A program made the position numbers and the translations under genes. The notes beneath the pieces are model-generated. The model worked only from the letters and a program-made list of their open reading frames with translations, was not told where the DNA came from and made no database searches. A stretch of 64,000 bases of DNA, taken from positions 244,406-308,405 of the forward strand of contig JBMFNR010000002.1 in the NCBI GenBank assembly GCA_049970055.1, given 5' to 3'. Of the stretch, positions 11,040 to 20,060 are shown piece after piece; within the stretch, counting starts at the first letter, position 1; every line of letters begins with the position of its first letter. The DNA comes from Fervidobacterium sp. (GTDB lineage Bacteria > Thermotogota > Thermotogae > Thermotogales > Fervidobacteriaceae).

Positions 11040-12026
11040 ATGATTCAAATCACAGCAAGGAAATTCAGGTTAGAAGAGCAAGCAGAATACGAAGATCACT
11101 ACTACGCAAAGTATTCCTTATCGCCTCTTGAAAAAGGCTACGCAGTAACCATAGGGAATACACTTAGAAGAGTTCTGCTCTCTTCTATCCCAAGTTTTGC
11201 AATCACCGATGTTAGGTTCTTGAAACCGGAAAAGTATCATGAATTTGATACCATCGAAGGTGTGAAAGAGGACATAATTGATATACTACTTAATTTGAAA
11301 AAAGTCCAACTTCGCGTTGAAGCTTATGTTGAGTCTCCTGTGAAACTCATGATTAATAAAAAAGGGTCTGGTATACTGAGAGCACATGATATCGAATGTC
11401 CAGCTGGGGTTGTCGTTGTTAATCCGAATCATTACATTGCAACGTTAAACGAAGATGCTGACTTGGAGATAGAGCTCTACGCGACATTCGGAAAAGGTTT
11501 TGTACCAGCGGCCGATAGAAATGAACGCCCTGAAATAGGTTGGATAGTTCTCGATGGTGTTTACAGCCCAGTTATAAAAGTTAATTGGCTTGTTGAAAAT
11601 GTCCGTGTCGATAAGCGAACTGACTACGAAAAACTAATACTTGAAATATGGACGAAAAAGAGTATAAAACCAGCTGAAGCCTTGAAGCATTCGCTGAGAA
11701 TTATACTTGACCACTTCAACTACATAGAGCAGAGCCTTAGTGATGTTGAAGAGCTACCAATCCCATTAGTTTCAGAAACTGCAGTCAGTGGAGAAGAAGC
11801 AATCTCATCAGAAGACGTTATGACAAAGAAAATAGAGGAGCTCGATTTATCCGCAAGGTCACTGAATTGTTTGAAGAGAGATAAGATAGAAACGATAGGT
11901 GATTTACTCTCAAGAACGGAAGAAGAGTTGATGAAAATAAAGAATTTTGGCCTTAAATCTCTCGAAGAAGTAAGAGAGAAACTCCGCGAAAAATACGGTC
12001 TTTCGCTAAGAAAGGGGGACAAGTGA
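11040..12026 (+). CDS. rpoA: DNA-directed RNA polymerase subunit alpha
   Basis: [21 protein letters not shown]; alpha[19 protein letters not shown]. Confidence 0.98.
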   Translation: MIQITARKFRLEEQAEYEDHYYAKYSLSPLEKGYAVTIGNTLRRVLLSSIPSFAITDVRFLKPEKYHEFDTIEGVKEDIIDILLNLKKVQLRVEAYVESPVKLMINKKGSGILRAHDIECPAGVVVVNPNHYIATLNEDADLEIELYATFGKGFVPAADRNERPEIGWIVLDGVYSPVIKVNWLVENVRVDKRTDYEKLILEIWTKKSIKPAEALKHSLRIILDHFNYIEQSLSDVEELPIPLVSETAVSGEEAISSEDVMTKKIEELDLSARSLNCLKRDKIETIGDLLSRTEEELMKIKNFGLKSLEEVREKLREKYGLSLRKGDK

Positions 12027-12027
12027 A

Positions 12028-12411
12028 ATGAGACACAGGATGAAAAGGAATAAGTTAAATAGATACGGTACACATAGAAGATCTCTCATGAGAAACTTAG
12101 CAAGGGAAATTATCGAACACGGAACAATAATGACCACAACTGTAAAGGCAAAAGTAAGTAAGGAATATATTGAAAAACTTATCAAAAAAGCAGTCAAAGC
12201 TTACAAAATAAAGAACGACAGTAAAGAAGAGAGCGTGGCGCTTAGAAGGCAACTCTTTGCCGAGCTTGGTGATAGGAAACTTGTTAACAAATTAGTCGAC
12301 GAAATAGCACCGAAATATGCAGATAGAAACGGCGGGTACACGAGAGTTATCAAAGTTGGTACGAGAAGAGGAGATGGTGCGGAACTTTCGGTACTACAAA
12401 TAGTCGAGTAA
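12028..12411 (+). CDS. rplQ: 50S ribosomal protein L17
   Basis: [20 protein letters not shown]. Confidence 0.98.
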   Translation: MRHRMKRNKLNRYGTHRRSLMRNLAREIIEHGTIMTTTVKAKVSKEYIEKLIKKAVKAYKIKNDSKEESVALRRQLFAELGDRKLVNKLVDEIAPKYADRNGGYTRVIKVGTRRGDGAELSVLQIVE

Positions 12412-12430
12412 TTTTAGATACCAACCTATG

Positions 12431-12455
12431 AAAAGGGGCAGATGTGCCCCTTTTT
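12431..12455 (+). terminator. Intrinsic terminator of the ribosomal protein operon
   Basis: AAAAGGGGCA-GATG-TGCCCCTTTTT. Confidence 0.85.
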
Positions 12456-12489
12456 AAATGATAGTTTTTTTCATTAAGGAGGTGTAGTA

Positions 12490-13782
12490 ATGGAGATTAA
12501 GGTGTTGGAAAAGGATAAGAACGTAGTTGTTAAAGAATTTATTTTTGACGAACATGATGTTAAAAAGCTAGAAGATAAAGCGGTTAATTCACTGAACAAA
12601 AGAGGTTATCAAATAGAGGGTTTCAGAACTGGTAAGGTACCAAAAGAAGTATACAAACTGAGACTAAAGGATGCATTTTACAGCATATACGTTGCAGATG
12701 AAGCAATTAAGGAAGTAGAAGCTAAATTAGACGAAGAAGAAGTTAAATTAGTTCTACCACCTGTTATAGCAGATGCACAATTTGATAAAGCTGGTGGAAA
12801 GGTTACAGTTGAACTTCACACTGAACCAGAAGTAACGTTTGAACCGACAAAAATAGTAGTTCGAAAAGCAAAAGAAAGCGAAGTATTAGATAATTACGTT
12901 GATTTTATGCTGAAGAACGTTATTAACGAACAAGCTCTCGAAATTCCAAAAGAAAGTGAAGCGTCCGAAGGGGATGTAGTTAAAGTTAAGGAAACAGTAT
13001 TACTTGATGGAAAACCCATAAGAGACAAGCAGGAGAGAGAATACATACTTTCAAAAGATGATGAAAGAGATGTTATTAAACAGCTTTACGGAAGGAAAAA
13101 AGGTGATGTTATAGAGTTTGAAAAAACATTCGAAAAGAGTGAAAATGAAAAAATTGTGTACAAGTATATACTTGAAGTGGAAGAAGTATATGAACGTTCA
13201 CTTCCAACTCTTGATGATGAATTTGTCAAAGGTCTTCAGATAGAAAACGTTGAAACGGTAGACCAATTGAAAGAAAAATTCAAAAACGATGGTAAACAGA
13301 TCTATGATGCTGAACTCGAAGAATCATTTAAAGATCAGATAATTGGTCAAATTCCAAATGTCACACAAATTGATGTGAGCGAAAAGACAATTCGAAGAGC
13401 TGTTGAAAACATAATAGATAACCTCAAGGAAGAAGGAAAGTACGATGATTATGTAAAAAGATACGAAAGTGAAGAAAAACTTGTGGAAGAACTTAAAGAG
13501 TACTATCTGAAACTATTGAAAAAAGATATAGTAGTTAAGAAACTCGCTGAAGAAAATGATATAAAAGTTTCTGACGATGACGTAAGAGAATACGCACAGA
13601 GGGCTTCAGTAGAGTGGGGAGTAAGCCCTGATAGAGCAGAAGCAATTATAAAATCGAAAAGGGAGCTTAGAAACGAAGTAATAATGGACATCGTTGAAAG
13701 AAAGGTTGCGAAAAGCCTGTTTGACAAAGTCCAAGTGGAAGAAGTAGCAGTCAGTGAGAACAACAAAGAGCAACAAGAATAA
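12490..13782 (+). CDS. tig: Trigger factor
   Basis: Ribosome-binding signature GFRTGKVP, LPTLDDEF, 430 aa, directly upstream of clpP. Confidence 0.9.
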   Translation: MEIKVLEKDKNVVVKEFIFDEHDVKKLEDKAVNSLNKRGYQIEGFRTGKVPKEVYKLRLKDAFYSIYVADEAIKEVEAKLDEEEVKLVLPPVIADAQFDKAGGKVTVELHTEPEVTFEPTKIVVRKAKESEVLDNYVDFMLKNVINEQALEIPKESEASEGDVVKVKETVLLDGKPIRDKQEREYILSKDDERDVIKQLYGRKKGDVIEFEKTFEKSENEKIVYKYILEVEEVYERSLPTLDDEFVKGLQIENVETVDQLKEKFKNDGKQIYDAELEESFKDQIIGQIPNVTQIDVSEKTIRRAVENIIDNLKEEGKYDDYVKRYESEEKLVEELKEYYLKLLKKDIVVKKLAEENDIKVSDDDVREYAQRASVEWGVSPDRAEAIIKSKRELRNEVIMDIVERKVAKSLFDKVQVEEVAVSENNKEQQE

Positions 13783-13806
13783 GTACGCGAAAAGTGGTGA
13801 GAGAGT

Positions 13807-14427
13807 ATGGAAATGGAAAAGGAAATCAAAAAGATCATTGATCAGTACGTACCAATAGTTATTGAAAGTACCGGAAGATACGAAAGAGCCTACGACATTT
13901 ATTCAAGGTTACTTAAGGATAGGATAATATTCCTTGGTAGTGCAATCGATGACCATGTTGCGAACTTGGTTGTTGCGCAGATGTTGTTCCTTGAAGCGGA
14001 AAATCCAGATAAAGATATACAACTTTACATAAATTCACCCGGAGGACTTGTGACAGCTGGGCTAGCCATATACGACACTATGCAGTACGTCAAATGTGAT
14101 GTTGCAACGATATGTGTTGGTCAAGCAGCGTCAATGGCAGCAGTGTTACTTGCGGCAGGTACAAAAGGTAAAAGGTTCTCGCTTCCAAACAGTAGGATAA
14201 TGATACACCAGCCATTGGGTGGAGCTGAGGGAAGCGCAAAAGATGTTGAAATACTCACAAAAGAATTGCTGAGAATTAAAAGAATAATCAACGAGATACT
14301 AAGTAAGCACACGGGACAAGATATAGAAAGAATCGAAAAAGATACAGACAGAGACTTCTTTATGAGTGCACAAGAAGCGATGGAATATGGTATAATAGAT
14401 AAGGTGATTAAGCCGGGAGAAAGATAA
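13807..14427 (+). CDS. clpP: ATP-dependent Clp protease proteolytic subunit
   Basis: [36 protein letters not shown]. Confidence 0.98.
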   Translation: MEMEKEIKKIIDQYVPIVIESTGRYERAYDIYSRLLKDRIIFLGSAIDDHVANLVVAQMLFLEAENPDKDIQLYINSPGGLVTAGLAIYDTMQYVKCDVATICVGQAASMAAVLLAAGTKGKRFSLPNSRIMIHQPLGGAEGSAKDVEILTKELLRIKRIINEILSKHTGQDIERIEKDTDRDFFMSAQEAMEYGIIDKVIKPGER

Positions 14428-14459
14428 TCTGTGATTAAAGGTTTAAAGGAGGAGATAGT

Positions 14460-15218
14460 ATGTCAGGTCACAATAAGTGGGCAAATATTAAGCACCGAAA
14501 AGCGGCACAAGATGCGAAAAGGTCAAAGATGTTCACAAAATTAATTAGAGAAATCATAGTTGCGGCGAGAGAAGGAGGAGGAAATCCGGATACAAACCCG
14601 AGACTCAGAGCCGTTCTTGAAAAAGCAAGAGAAGCCAACATGCCAAAAGATACAGTTGAAAGATCAATTAAAAAAGGTACTGGTGAACTCGAAGGCGAAA
14701 AATACGAAGAAATCATATACGAAGCATATGCACCAGGTGGAGTTGCGCTTTACATACTCGCACTGACAGACAACAAAAACAGAACAGCACAAGAACTAAG
14801 GCACATACTAAGCAAGAATGGTGGATCACTTGCCGAAAGTGGTTCAGTTGCTTGGATATTCGAAAGGAAAGGTGTCATAGAAATTCCAGCGGAAAAAATC
14901 TCAGATATGGATGAATTCACACTTCTTGCAATCGATGCCGGTGCAGAAGATATAGAAGAGGGAGATCCAGTTTTGGTTTACACAGCGCCAGAATCGTTGA
15001 CATCATTGAAAGAAGCTCTTGCAAAAAATGGTTTTGAAGGAGAAGCAAAGATTACATACAAACCGAAAAACAGTGTAAAAGTTTCTGGTTCCGATGCGGA
15101 AAAAGTTCTTAAACTTATCGATGCGCTTGAAGATAACGATGATGTGCAAGAAGTATTTGGTAATTTTGATATAGACGATTCTGAACTCGAGGCCATAATG
15201 TCCAAACTCGAAGGCTAA
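14460..15218 (+). CDS. yebC: YebC/PmpR family protein
   Basis: [32 protein letters not shown]. Confidence 0.95.
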   Translation: MSGHNKWANIKHRKAAQDAKRSKMFTKLIREIIVAAREGGGNPDTNPRLRAVLEKAREANMPKDTVERSIKKGTGELEGEKYEEIIYEAYAPGGVALYILALTDNKNRTAQELRHILSKNGGSLAESGSVAWIFERKGVIEIPAEKISDMDEFTLLAIDAGAEDIEEGDPVLVYTAPESLTSLKEALAKNGFEGEAKITYKPKNSVKVSGSDAEKVLKLIDALEDNDDVQEVFGNFDIDDSELEAIMSKLEG

Positions 15219-15264
15219 TGTAATGGTGATGTGCAAAAGATAAAGATAAAAAAGGTGTGCGCAA

Positions 15265-16041
15265 ATGATTAACGACAAAAACGTAAAGCTCACAGTTACA
15301 ATACTATTTTTATTGGGCTCACTTATTTTTGGAGAGACGCTTTTTTTTAGCGTCTCTCCATTTGATACTACATATGGACTTTCACTCAGGTATGACTTTA
15401 CCTTCTGGAAGATAAAGGCTGAGTTTTATTTACCTGTCAATGTACAATTCAATCGTGGGTTTCCTCAATTTGTATTTGAGCCCGCTAATTTGATAAACGA
15501 ATTTCACTTCTCAGAGTATCCATATAAAGTTACGTACGACTCGATAAACGATATACCGTTCACTACATTTGTCAACCCTGCAGTAAAGGTGTGGCGTTCA
15601 ACATGGCTTGGCGCGGGATATTATGGTGATAAACTGTTTTACAGTAGCGATTTTTCAATATTGGCAGATTCGAAAAACATTAATTTGTCTTACAAAATCT
15701 TACGATTGAACATATTCGTTGAAAAGCAAGAGGAAGATTACACAGTTGGTATAGGAAACATATTTTACGTATTTTCAGGTAGTAAAACGGGTGTCGGTGT
15801 GAATTATGTGTCGGAAAATGTTCTTGTGTACGGAACTATCCATCTCAAAGATGGTGCATTCACGTCAAAGTTCGGCCTCACTTTGAAAGGCCCCGACGTA
15901 GAATTCAATATCGTGAGTGATTCTATAGATTCTTTGGACGCAATTAGTATTTCCATTGTTTGGAAGGTAGGTGAAATATATGTCATTGGACGACAACAAG
16001 GACAAAAAGTTTGCTTGGTTGCAGAGTTTCCACTCTGGTGA
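15265..16041 (+). CDS. Hypothetical exported protein, beta-strand rich (possible outer-membrane protein)
   Basis: SD AAGGTG; N-terminal hydrophobic signal; aromatic-rich; ends ..AEFPLW. Confidence 0.65.
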   Translation: MINDKNVKLTVTILFLLGSLIFGETLFFSVSPFDTTYGLSLRYDFTFWKIKAEFYLPVNVQFNRGFPQFVFEPANLINEFHFSEYPYKVTYDSINDIPFTTFVNPAVKVWRSTWLGAGYYGDKLFYSSDFSILADSKNINLSYKILRLNIFVEKQEEDYTVGIGNIFYVFSGSKTGVGVNYVSENVLVYGTIHLKDGAFTSKFGLTLKGPDVEFNIVSDSIDSLDAISISIVWKVGEIYVIGRQQGQKVCLVAEFPLW

Positions 16042-16831
16042 TTTTCAAGAATTACCCTGGGAAGAATTCGAGTGGTTTGTTAAGCGCATTAAAGATGTAA
16101 TGAACCTTGATTTGTCTGGGTATAAACCAGAGCGTGTGAAAAGAAGAATAGAAATGCTTATCAGAAAGCATAATTGCAAATCATACAAGGAGTATCTTGA
16201 TCTTATCCTTAAAGACGCCAAGAAAAAAGATGAATTTTTAGATAAACTGACCATAAATGTTACTGAGTTTTTCAGAAATCCAGAGAAATGGTTGGAATTG
16301 CGTGACAAATTTTTGCCTCAGTTACTAAAGGAAAGCGGTCCAAAGTTCAAGGCTTGGAGCGCGGGCTGCTCTTCTGGGGAAGAACCGTACACAATTGCGA
16401 TGTTATTGGAAGAACTAAAGGCTCCACCAACGGTGAAAGTACTTGCCACAGATATAGATATAGGAGTACTAACGAGAGCACAAATAGGTGAATACGATGA
16501 GCGGTCGATGGGTAGTACACCACCTGATTACATACAAAAGTATTTTATCGTCAAGGATGGCAAGTACATAGTGAAACCGAATGTGAAAGCACGTGTTCAA
16601 TTTAAAAGGCACAATTTACTCCAAGATCCTTTTGATAAAGGTTTCGATCTAATAACGTGCCGAAACGTTGTTATTTATTTTGAAATGGAAGCAAAAGAGC
16701 AGCTTTATAAAAAATTTGCCGAAAGCTTAAGACCAGGCGGATTATTATTTGTTGGAAATACCGAACGAATATTCAGTTACAAAAGTATAGGTTTGGAAGT
16801 TGCATCGCCATTTATTTACAGAAAATTGTAA
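15980..16831 (+). CDS. cheR: Chemotaxis protein-glutamate methyltransferase CheR
   Basis: TINVTEFFR, WSAGCSSGEEPY, ATDID, CRNVVIYF; ATG at 15980 after AGGTGA. Confidence 0.95.
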   Translation: MSLDDNKDKKFAWLQSFHSGDFQELPWEEFEWFVKRIKDVMNLDLSGYKPERVKRRIEMLIRKHNCKSYKEYLDLILKDAKKKDEFLDKLTINVTEFFRNPEKWLELRDKFLPQLLKESGPKFKAWSAGCSSGEEPYTIAMLLEELKAPPTVKVLATDIDIGVLTRAQIGEYDERSMGSTPPDYIQKYFIVKDGKYIVKPNVKARVQFKRHNLLQDPFDKGFDLITCRNVVIYFEMEAKEQLYKKFAESLRPGGLLFVGNTERIFSYKSIGLEVASPFIYRKL

Positions 16832-16853
16832 TTTTTCAGAGAGGACTGATTAC

Positions 16854-17564
16854 GTGTTCTGGGTTACATTAGCTGTAGCGTTTGACCAGGTAACCAAATA
16901 TATTGCAAGCATATTTTTGCAGTTCAGATACATTTCTATTTTTAACTTTTTTTATTTATCATACATAACAAACCGAGGTATTGCGTTTGGCTTATTTGCG
17001 GGTGTTAAAGAAGTTGTAATCTACCTCTCGCTTGCCATCGTACTAGGCATATCCTTAATCCCTTCGTGTGTAAAGATCAGCAAATCAACTGAACGTTGGC
17101 TTGCATTTATCGTTGGGGGTGCACTCGGTAACCTCATAGATAGAATAAGGTTCGGGTATGTAATTGATTTTATAACGATGAAATTTTGGCCAACTGTATT
17201 CAATGTAGCTGATATGTTTATTTTCTTTGGCAGTTTGGGTTTACTTGTCACATTACTAAAGAAAGAATACGAAACAAATAAGATGCATAAAAGCCTGGTT
17301 TCTGAAGGAAATCGGAGGGAAATAGGTGGATATACAGGTCACATCACGCGAAGATGGTTGGAGATTAGACAAATTTCTAATGGAAAAAACCCCAGATTGG
17401 ATATCAAGAACATTTATCCAGAAAGCGATAAAAAGCGGCGAGGTAATGGTGAATGGGACTTCGAAGAAGCCGAGTTACAAGGTGAAATCTGGGGATATAA
17501 TTACCTTGAATGTTCCGGAAACACCACAACTTCCGGAGATTCTTCCAGAAAACATCCCTCTTGA
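16854..17564 (+). CDS. lspA: Lipoprotein signal peptidase II with a long C-terminal extension overlapping rluD
   Basis: DQVTK, NRGIAFG, GGALGNLIDR, VIDF, FNVAD; GTG at 16854 after GAGGA. Confidence 0.9.
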   Translation: MFWVTLAVAFDQVTKYIASIFLQFRYISIFNFFYLSYITNRGIAFGLFAGVKEVVIYLSLAIVLGISLIPSCVKISKSTERWLAFIVGGALGNLIDRIRFGYVIDFITMKFWPTVFNVADMFIFFGSLGLLVTLLKKEYETNKMHKSLVSEGNRREIGGYTGHITRRWLEIRQISNGKNPRLDIKNIYPESDKKRRGNGEWDFEEAELQGEIWGYNYLECSGNTTTSGDSSRKHPS

Positions 17565-18264
17565 TATCATCTATGAAGATAAAGACATACTTGTCATTAA
17601 CAAGCAGCCTGGAATAATTACCCATCCAATACCGTCTCACACCTCAGGTACTATTGTAAATGCAGTGCTTTACCATTGCAAAGATCTGCAAGGAATAGGA
17701 GGGGTACTTAGACCTGGTATTGTACATAGACTTGACAAAGACACCAGCGGCGTCATGGTTATTGCAAAAAACGATTTGGCACATCAATCTTTAACAAGAC
17801 AATTTAAAGATAGATTAACAGAAAAAACATATATATGCCTTGTAAGGGGTGTTCCAAAGAAAAAGTATGGAGACATTGAAATCAACATCGCACGTAATCC
17901 CGTACTTAGAGTTAAGATGACTGTAACTGATTCAGAATATGGTAAACCTGCACTGACTCATTACAAAGTTATCAGAGAATTTGGAAATATAGCGGCACTT
18001 GTGTTGGCATTCCCCAAAACAGGTAGGACTCATCAAATACGCGTACATATGAAATATATAGGACACCCACTGATGGGTGATGAAGTTTACGGAAGGGCAA
18101 AAGAAGACGAAATATTTGGTATAAAAAGACAGATGTTACATGCATTAAGTTTGTCTTTTTACCATCCCAGAACAGGGCAAAAAATGAAATTTATTGCAAG
18201 GATCCCGCGAGATTTTAAAGATGCTATGGAAAATATCTCCAAGTTTATAAATCAAAAAATGTGA
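17326..18264 (+). CDS. rluD: RluA/RluD family 23S rRNA pseudouridine synthase
   Basis: S4 domain RLDKFL; HRLDKDTSG, TGRTHQIRVH, QMLHA. Confidence 0.93.
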   Translation: MDIQVTSREDGWRLDKFLMEKTPDWISRTFIQKAIKSGEVMVNGTSKKPSYKVKSGDIITLNVPETPQLPEILPENIPLDIIYEDKDILVINKQPGIITHPIPSHTSGTIVNAVLYHCKDLQGIGGVLRPGIVHRLDKDTSGVMVIAKNDLAHQSLTRQFKDRLTEKTYICLVRGVPKKKYGDIEINIARNPVLRVKMTVTDSEYGKPALTHYKVIREFGNIAALVLAFPKTGRTHQIRVHMKYIGHPLMGDEVYGRAKEDEIFGIKRQMLHALSLSFYHPRTGQKMKFIARIPRDFKDAMENISKFINQKM

Positions 18265-18265
18265 A

Positions 18266-19630
18266 TTATTGATCTTTATATATTTTAAATATCTCCAGGA
18301 TATCATTTAGCCGCTTTTTGAAAATTTCTATAATACCAGGATCGAACTGCTTGCCACTCATTTCAAGCATATATTCGATAGCCTTTTCAACAGGCCACGC
18401 GGGACGATAACACCTATTATGTGTCAATGCTTCAAATACATCGGCAACCTGGACAATACGGGCTTCAGGGGTACTTTCTTCCTTTTCTAAGCCATAAGGA
18501 TATCCTTCTCCATCCCATCGTTCGTGGTGCTGAAGTGAAACGACAGCTCCTATTTCAAAAACTTTCAACTTTGAGCTTTTCAAAAGTTCAAAACCAATCA
18601 ACGCGTGCTCTTTCATTATAGAATATTCTTCATTTGATAACTTACCTGGTTTATTTAATATATGATCGGGAATACCAACCTTCCCTACATCATGAAGTCC
18701 TGCTGCGCTTTTGATAATACTTGCTTCTTTTTCAGAAAAACCATAATCCAGTGCTAACAGATAAGACACTTCTGAAACACGCTTTACATGATTACCGGTC
18801 TCTTCAGAACGAGTTTCGATAAGGTTTGCGAGTCTATAAACTAATTCATTCTCAACTCCCAAAAGCTCTAAGTAGTTTGATGAATGTTTAATATTGAGCA
18901 ATAATGTGCGTATATAGTCTTTATCAACATTGGAAAGATTTTTCGAACTTACAATAACCATTTTTACATATTTTCCAAATATCTCTTCTTCAAATATATA
19001 CCTCAAGTGTATTGGAGAAATTGTATTTGATACAACTTTAGGTGGGAAGATCTTTTTGTTGTCGACATATATTTCACATTCAAGATCGTTATTCGGCATC
19101 TTCAAAGTCAAAAAAGAACGAATTTGGAAAAAAGCCTCTATAAGGATATCATTTAAATCCATGCGGCTTGAATTATGAATTATATGATCTATTGATGTTA
19201 TAGCTTTCTCAAAAGCTATGATATCTTTGTATGTCCTTAGGAGAGAGAACACATTTATTTTAAGGCTGAATTCACTCATCGCCTTTTTTTCAATATATGC
19301 ATTCACATCGTAATCTCTTATCAAAATATCTTGCGGAACTTTTTCAGGATTTGCTGTCATTAACGCTATACGGGTTTTTGAATCAGCTACTTCGTGCCGT
19401 ATATAATTAATAACTTTTATTCCAGCATCTTCGGTTTCCATAACCAGATCTGTCAAAACAAGAGCGTAAACTCCCGGTTGATAAATCCTTCTAAAATCTG
19501 AAAAGCTGTATGCATCGTCAAACTCAACTGGTATATTTTCAAGTGTTAAACTTTTCAGAATTTCTTTGATTTCTTTGTGGATTGTCTTGGAGTCATCAAC
19601 TATTAAAATCTTAAAATTATTCATTTGCAC
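18266..19630 (-). CDS. Response regulator receiver + HD-GYP cyclic di-GMP phosphodiesterase
   Basis: ILIVDDS...TDLVME receiver; ETGNHVKRV, HDVGK, HHERWDGEGYP, ADVFEAL. Confidence 0.9.
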   Translation of the reverse strand: MQMNNFKILIVDDSKTIHKEIKEILKSLTLENIPVEFDDAYSFSDFRRIYQPGVYALVLTDLVMETEDAGIKVINYIRHEVADSKTRIALMTANPEKVPQDILIRDYDVNAYIEKKAMSEFSLKINVFSLLRTYKDIIAFEKAITSIDHIIHNSSRMDLNDILIEAFFQIRSFLTLKMPNNDLECEIYVDNKKIFPPKVVSNTISPIHLRYIFEEEIFGKYVKMVIVSSKNLSNVDKDYIRTLLLNIKHSSNYLELLGVENELVYRLANLIETRSEETGNHVKRVSEVSYLLALDYGFSEKEASIIKSAAGLHDVGKVGIPDHILNKPGKLSNEEYSIMKEHALIGFELLKSSKLKVFEIGAVVSLQHHERWDGEGYPYGLEKEESTPEARIVQVADVFEALTHNRCYRPAWPVEKAIEYMLEMSGKQFDPGIIEIFKKRLNDILEIFKIYKDQ

Positions 19631-19694
19631 ACCTCCTTGACTACTTTAATTATACCACTTTAATGGTATAAAGTGTAGAAAAAATTCCAATAAC

Positions 19695-19723
19695 TTGAAA
19701 AATGAAAGATTTTATGATAGAAT
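19695..19723 (+). promoter_or_regulatory. Sigma70-type promoter of tRNA-Pro
   Basis: TTGAAA-17 bp-TAGAAT with a TG extended -10. Confidence 0.7.
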
Positions 19724-19752
19724 ACAACTTAGCATGGTCGATGAAACTTACT

Positions 19753-19829
19753 CTGGGCGTAGTTCAGTTGGCTAGAACGCCAGAATCGGGATCTGGTGGT
19801 CGTGGGTTCAAGTCCCACCGCCCAGACCA
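19753..19829 (+). tRNA. tRNA-Pro (anticodon CGG)
   Basis: Acceptor CTGGGCG/CGCCCAG-A-CCA; anticodon arm CCAGA-ATCGGGA-TCTGG; T arm GTGGG-TTCAAGT-CCCAC. Confidence 0.96.
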
Positions 19830-19873
19830 GGCAAAAATATAAGAAAAAACGGCAAAGACCAACAAACATCGGT

Positions 19874-19909
19874 AAACACTGGTGAGAGTTTTTCTTACCA
19901 GTGTTTTTT
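19874..19909 (+). terminator. Intrinsic terminator after the tRNA
   Basis: AAACACTGGTGAGAG...TTCTTACCAGTGTTT followed by a T run. Confidence 0.85.
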
Positions 19910-19930
19910 ATTTTTCTTTTATTAACAGTC

Positions 19931-19959
19931 TTGACTAGTCATTGATAGAAAACTATAAT
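19931..19959 (+). promoter_or_regulatory. Near-consensus sigma70 promoter of the membrane HD-GYP gene
   Basis: TTGACT-17 bp-TATAAT. Confidence 0.8.
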
Positions 19960-20060
19960 AAACATAAAGTCTCAAGCCATGAGGATGTTTGATTGACTCA
20001 AGGTGAACTTATTTACACACACCACAACTGTTGTCTCGCCAGTATTTGGAGGTGTTGCCG

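Noticed and set aside
40..15293. Many 60-160 aa antisense or alternate-frame ORFs over ribosomal and housekeeping genes
   Set aside because: They are shadows of conserved genes with no SD or recognisable motifs; the same applies to similar ORFs elsewhere in the window
19780..19796. A32/A38 in the tRNA-Pro anticodon loop as a recoding tRNA
   Set aside because: The loop is a normal 7 nt with U33 and G37, and A32 occurs in other Pro tRNAs
19830..20060. c-di-GMP riboswitch before the HD-GYP gene (GGCAAA/GGTAAAC words)
   Set aside because: These words lie upstream of the promoter and are partly the tRNA terminator; the GNRA/receptor two-stem layout is missing
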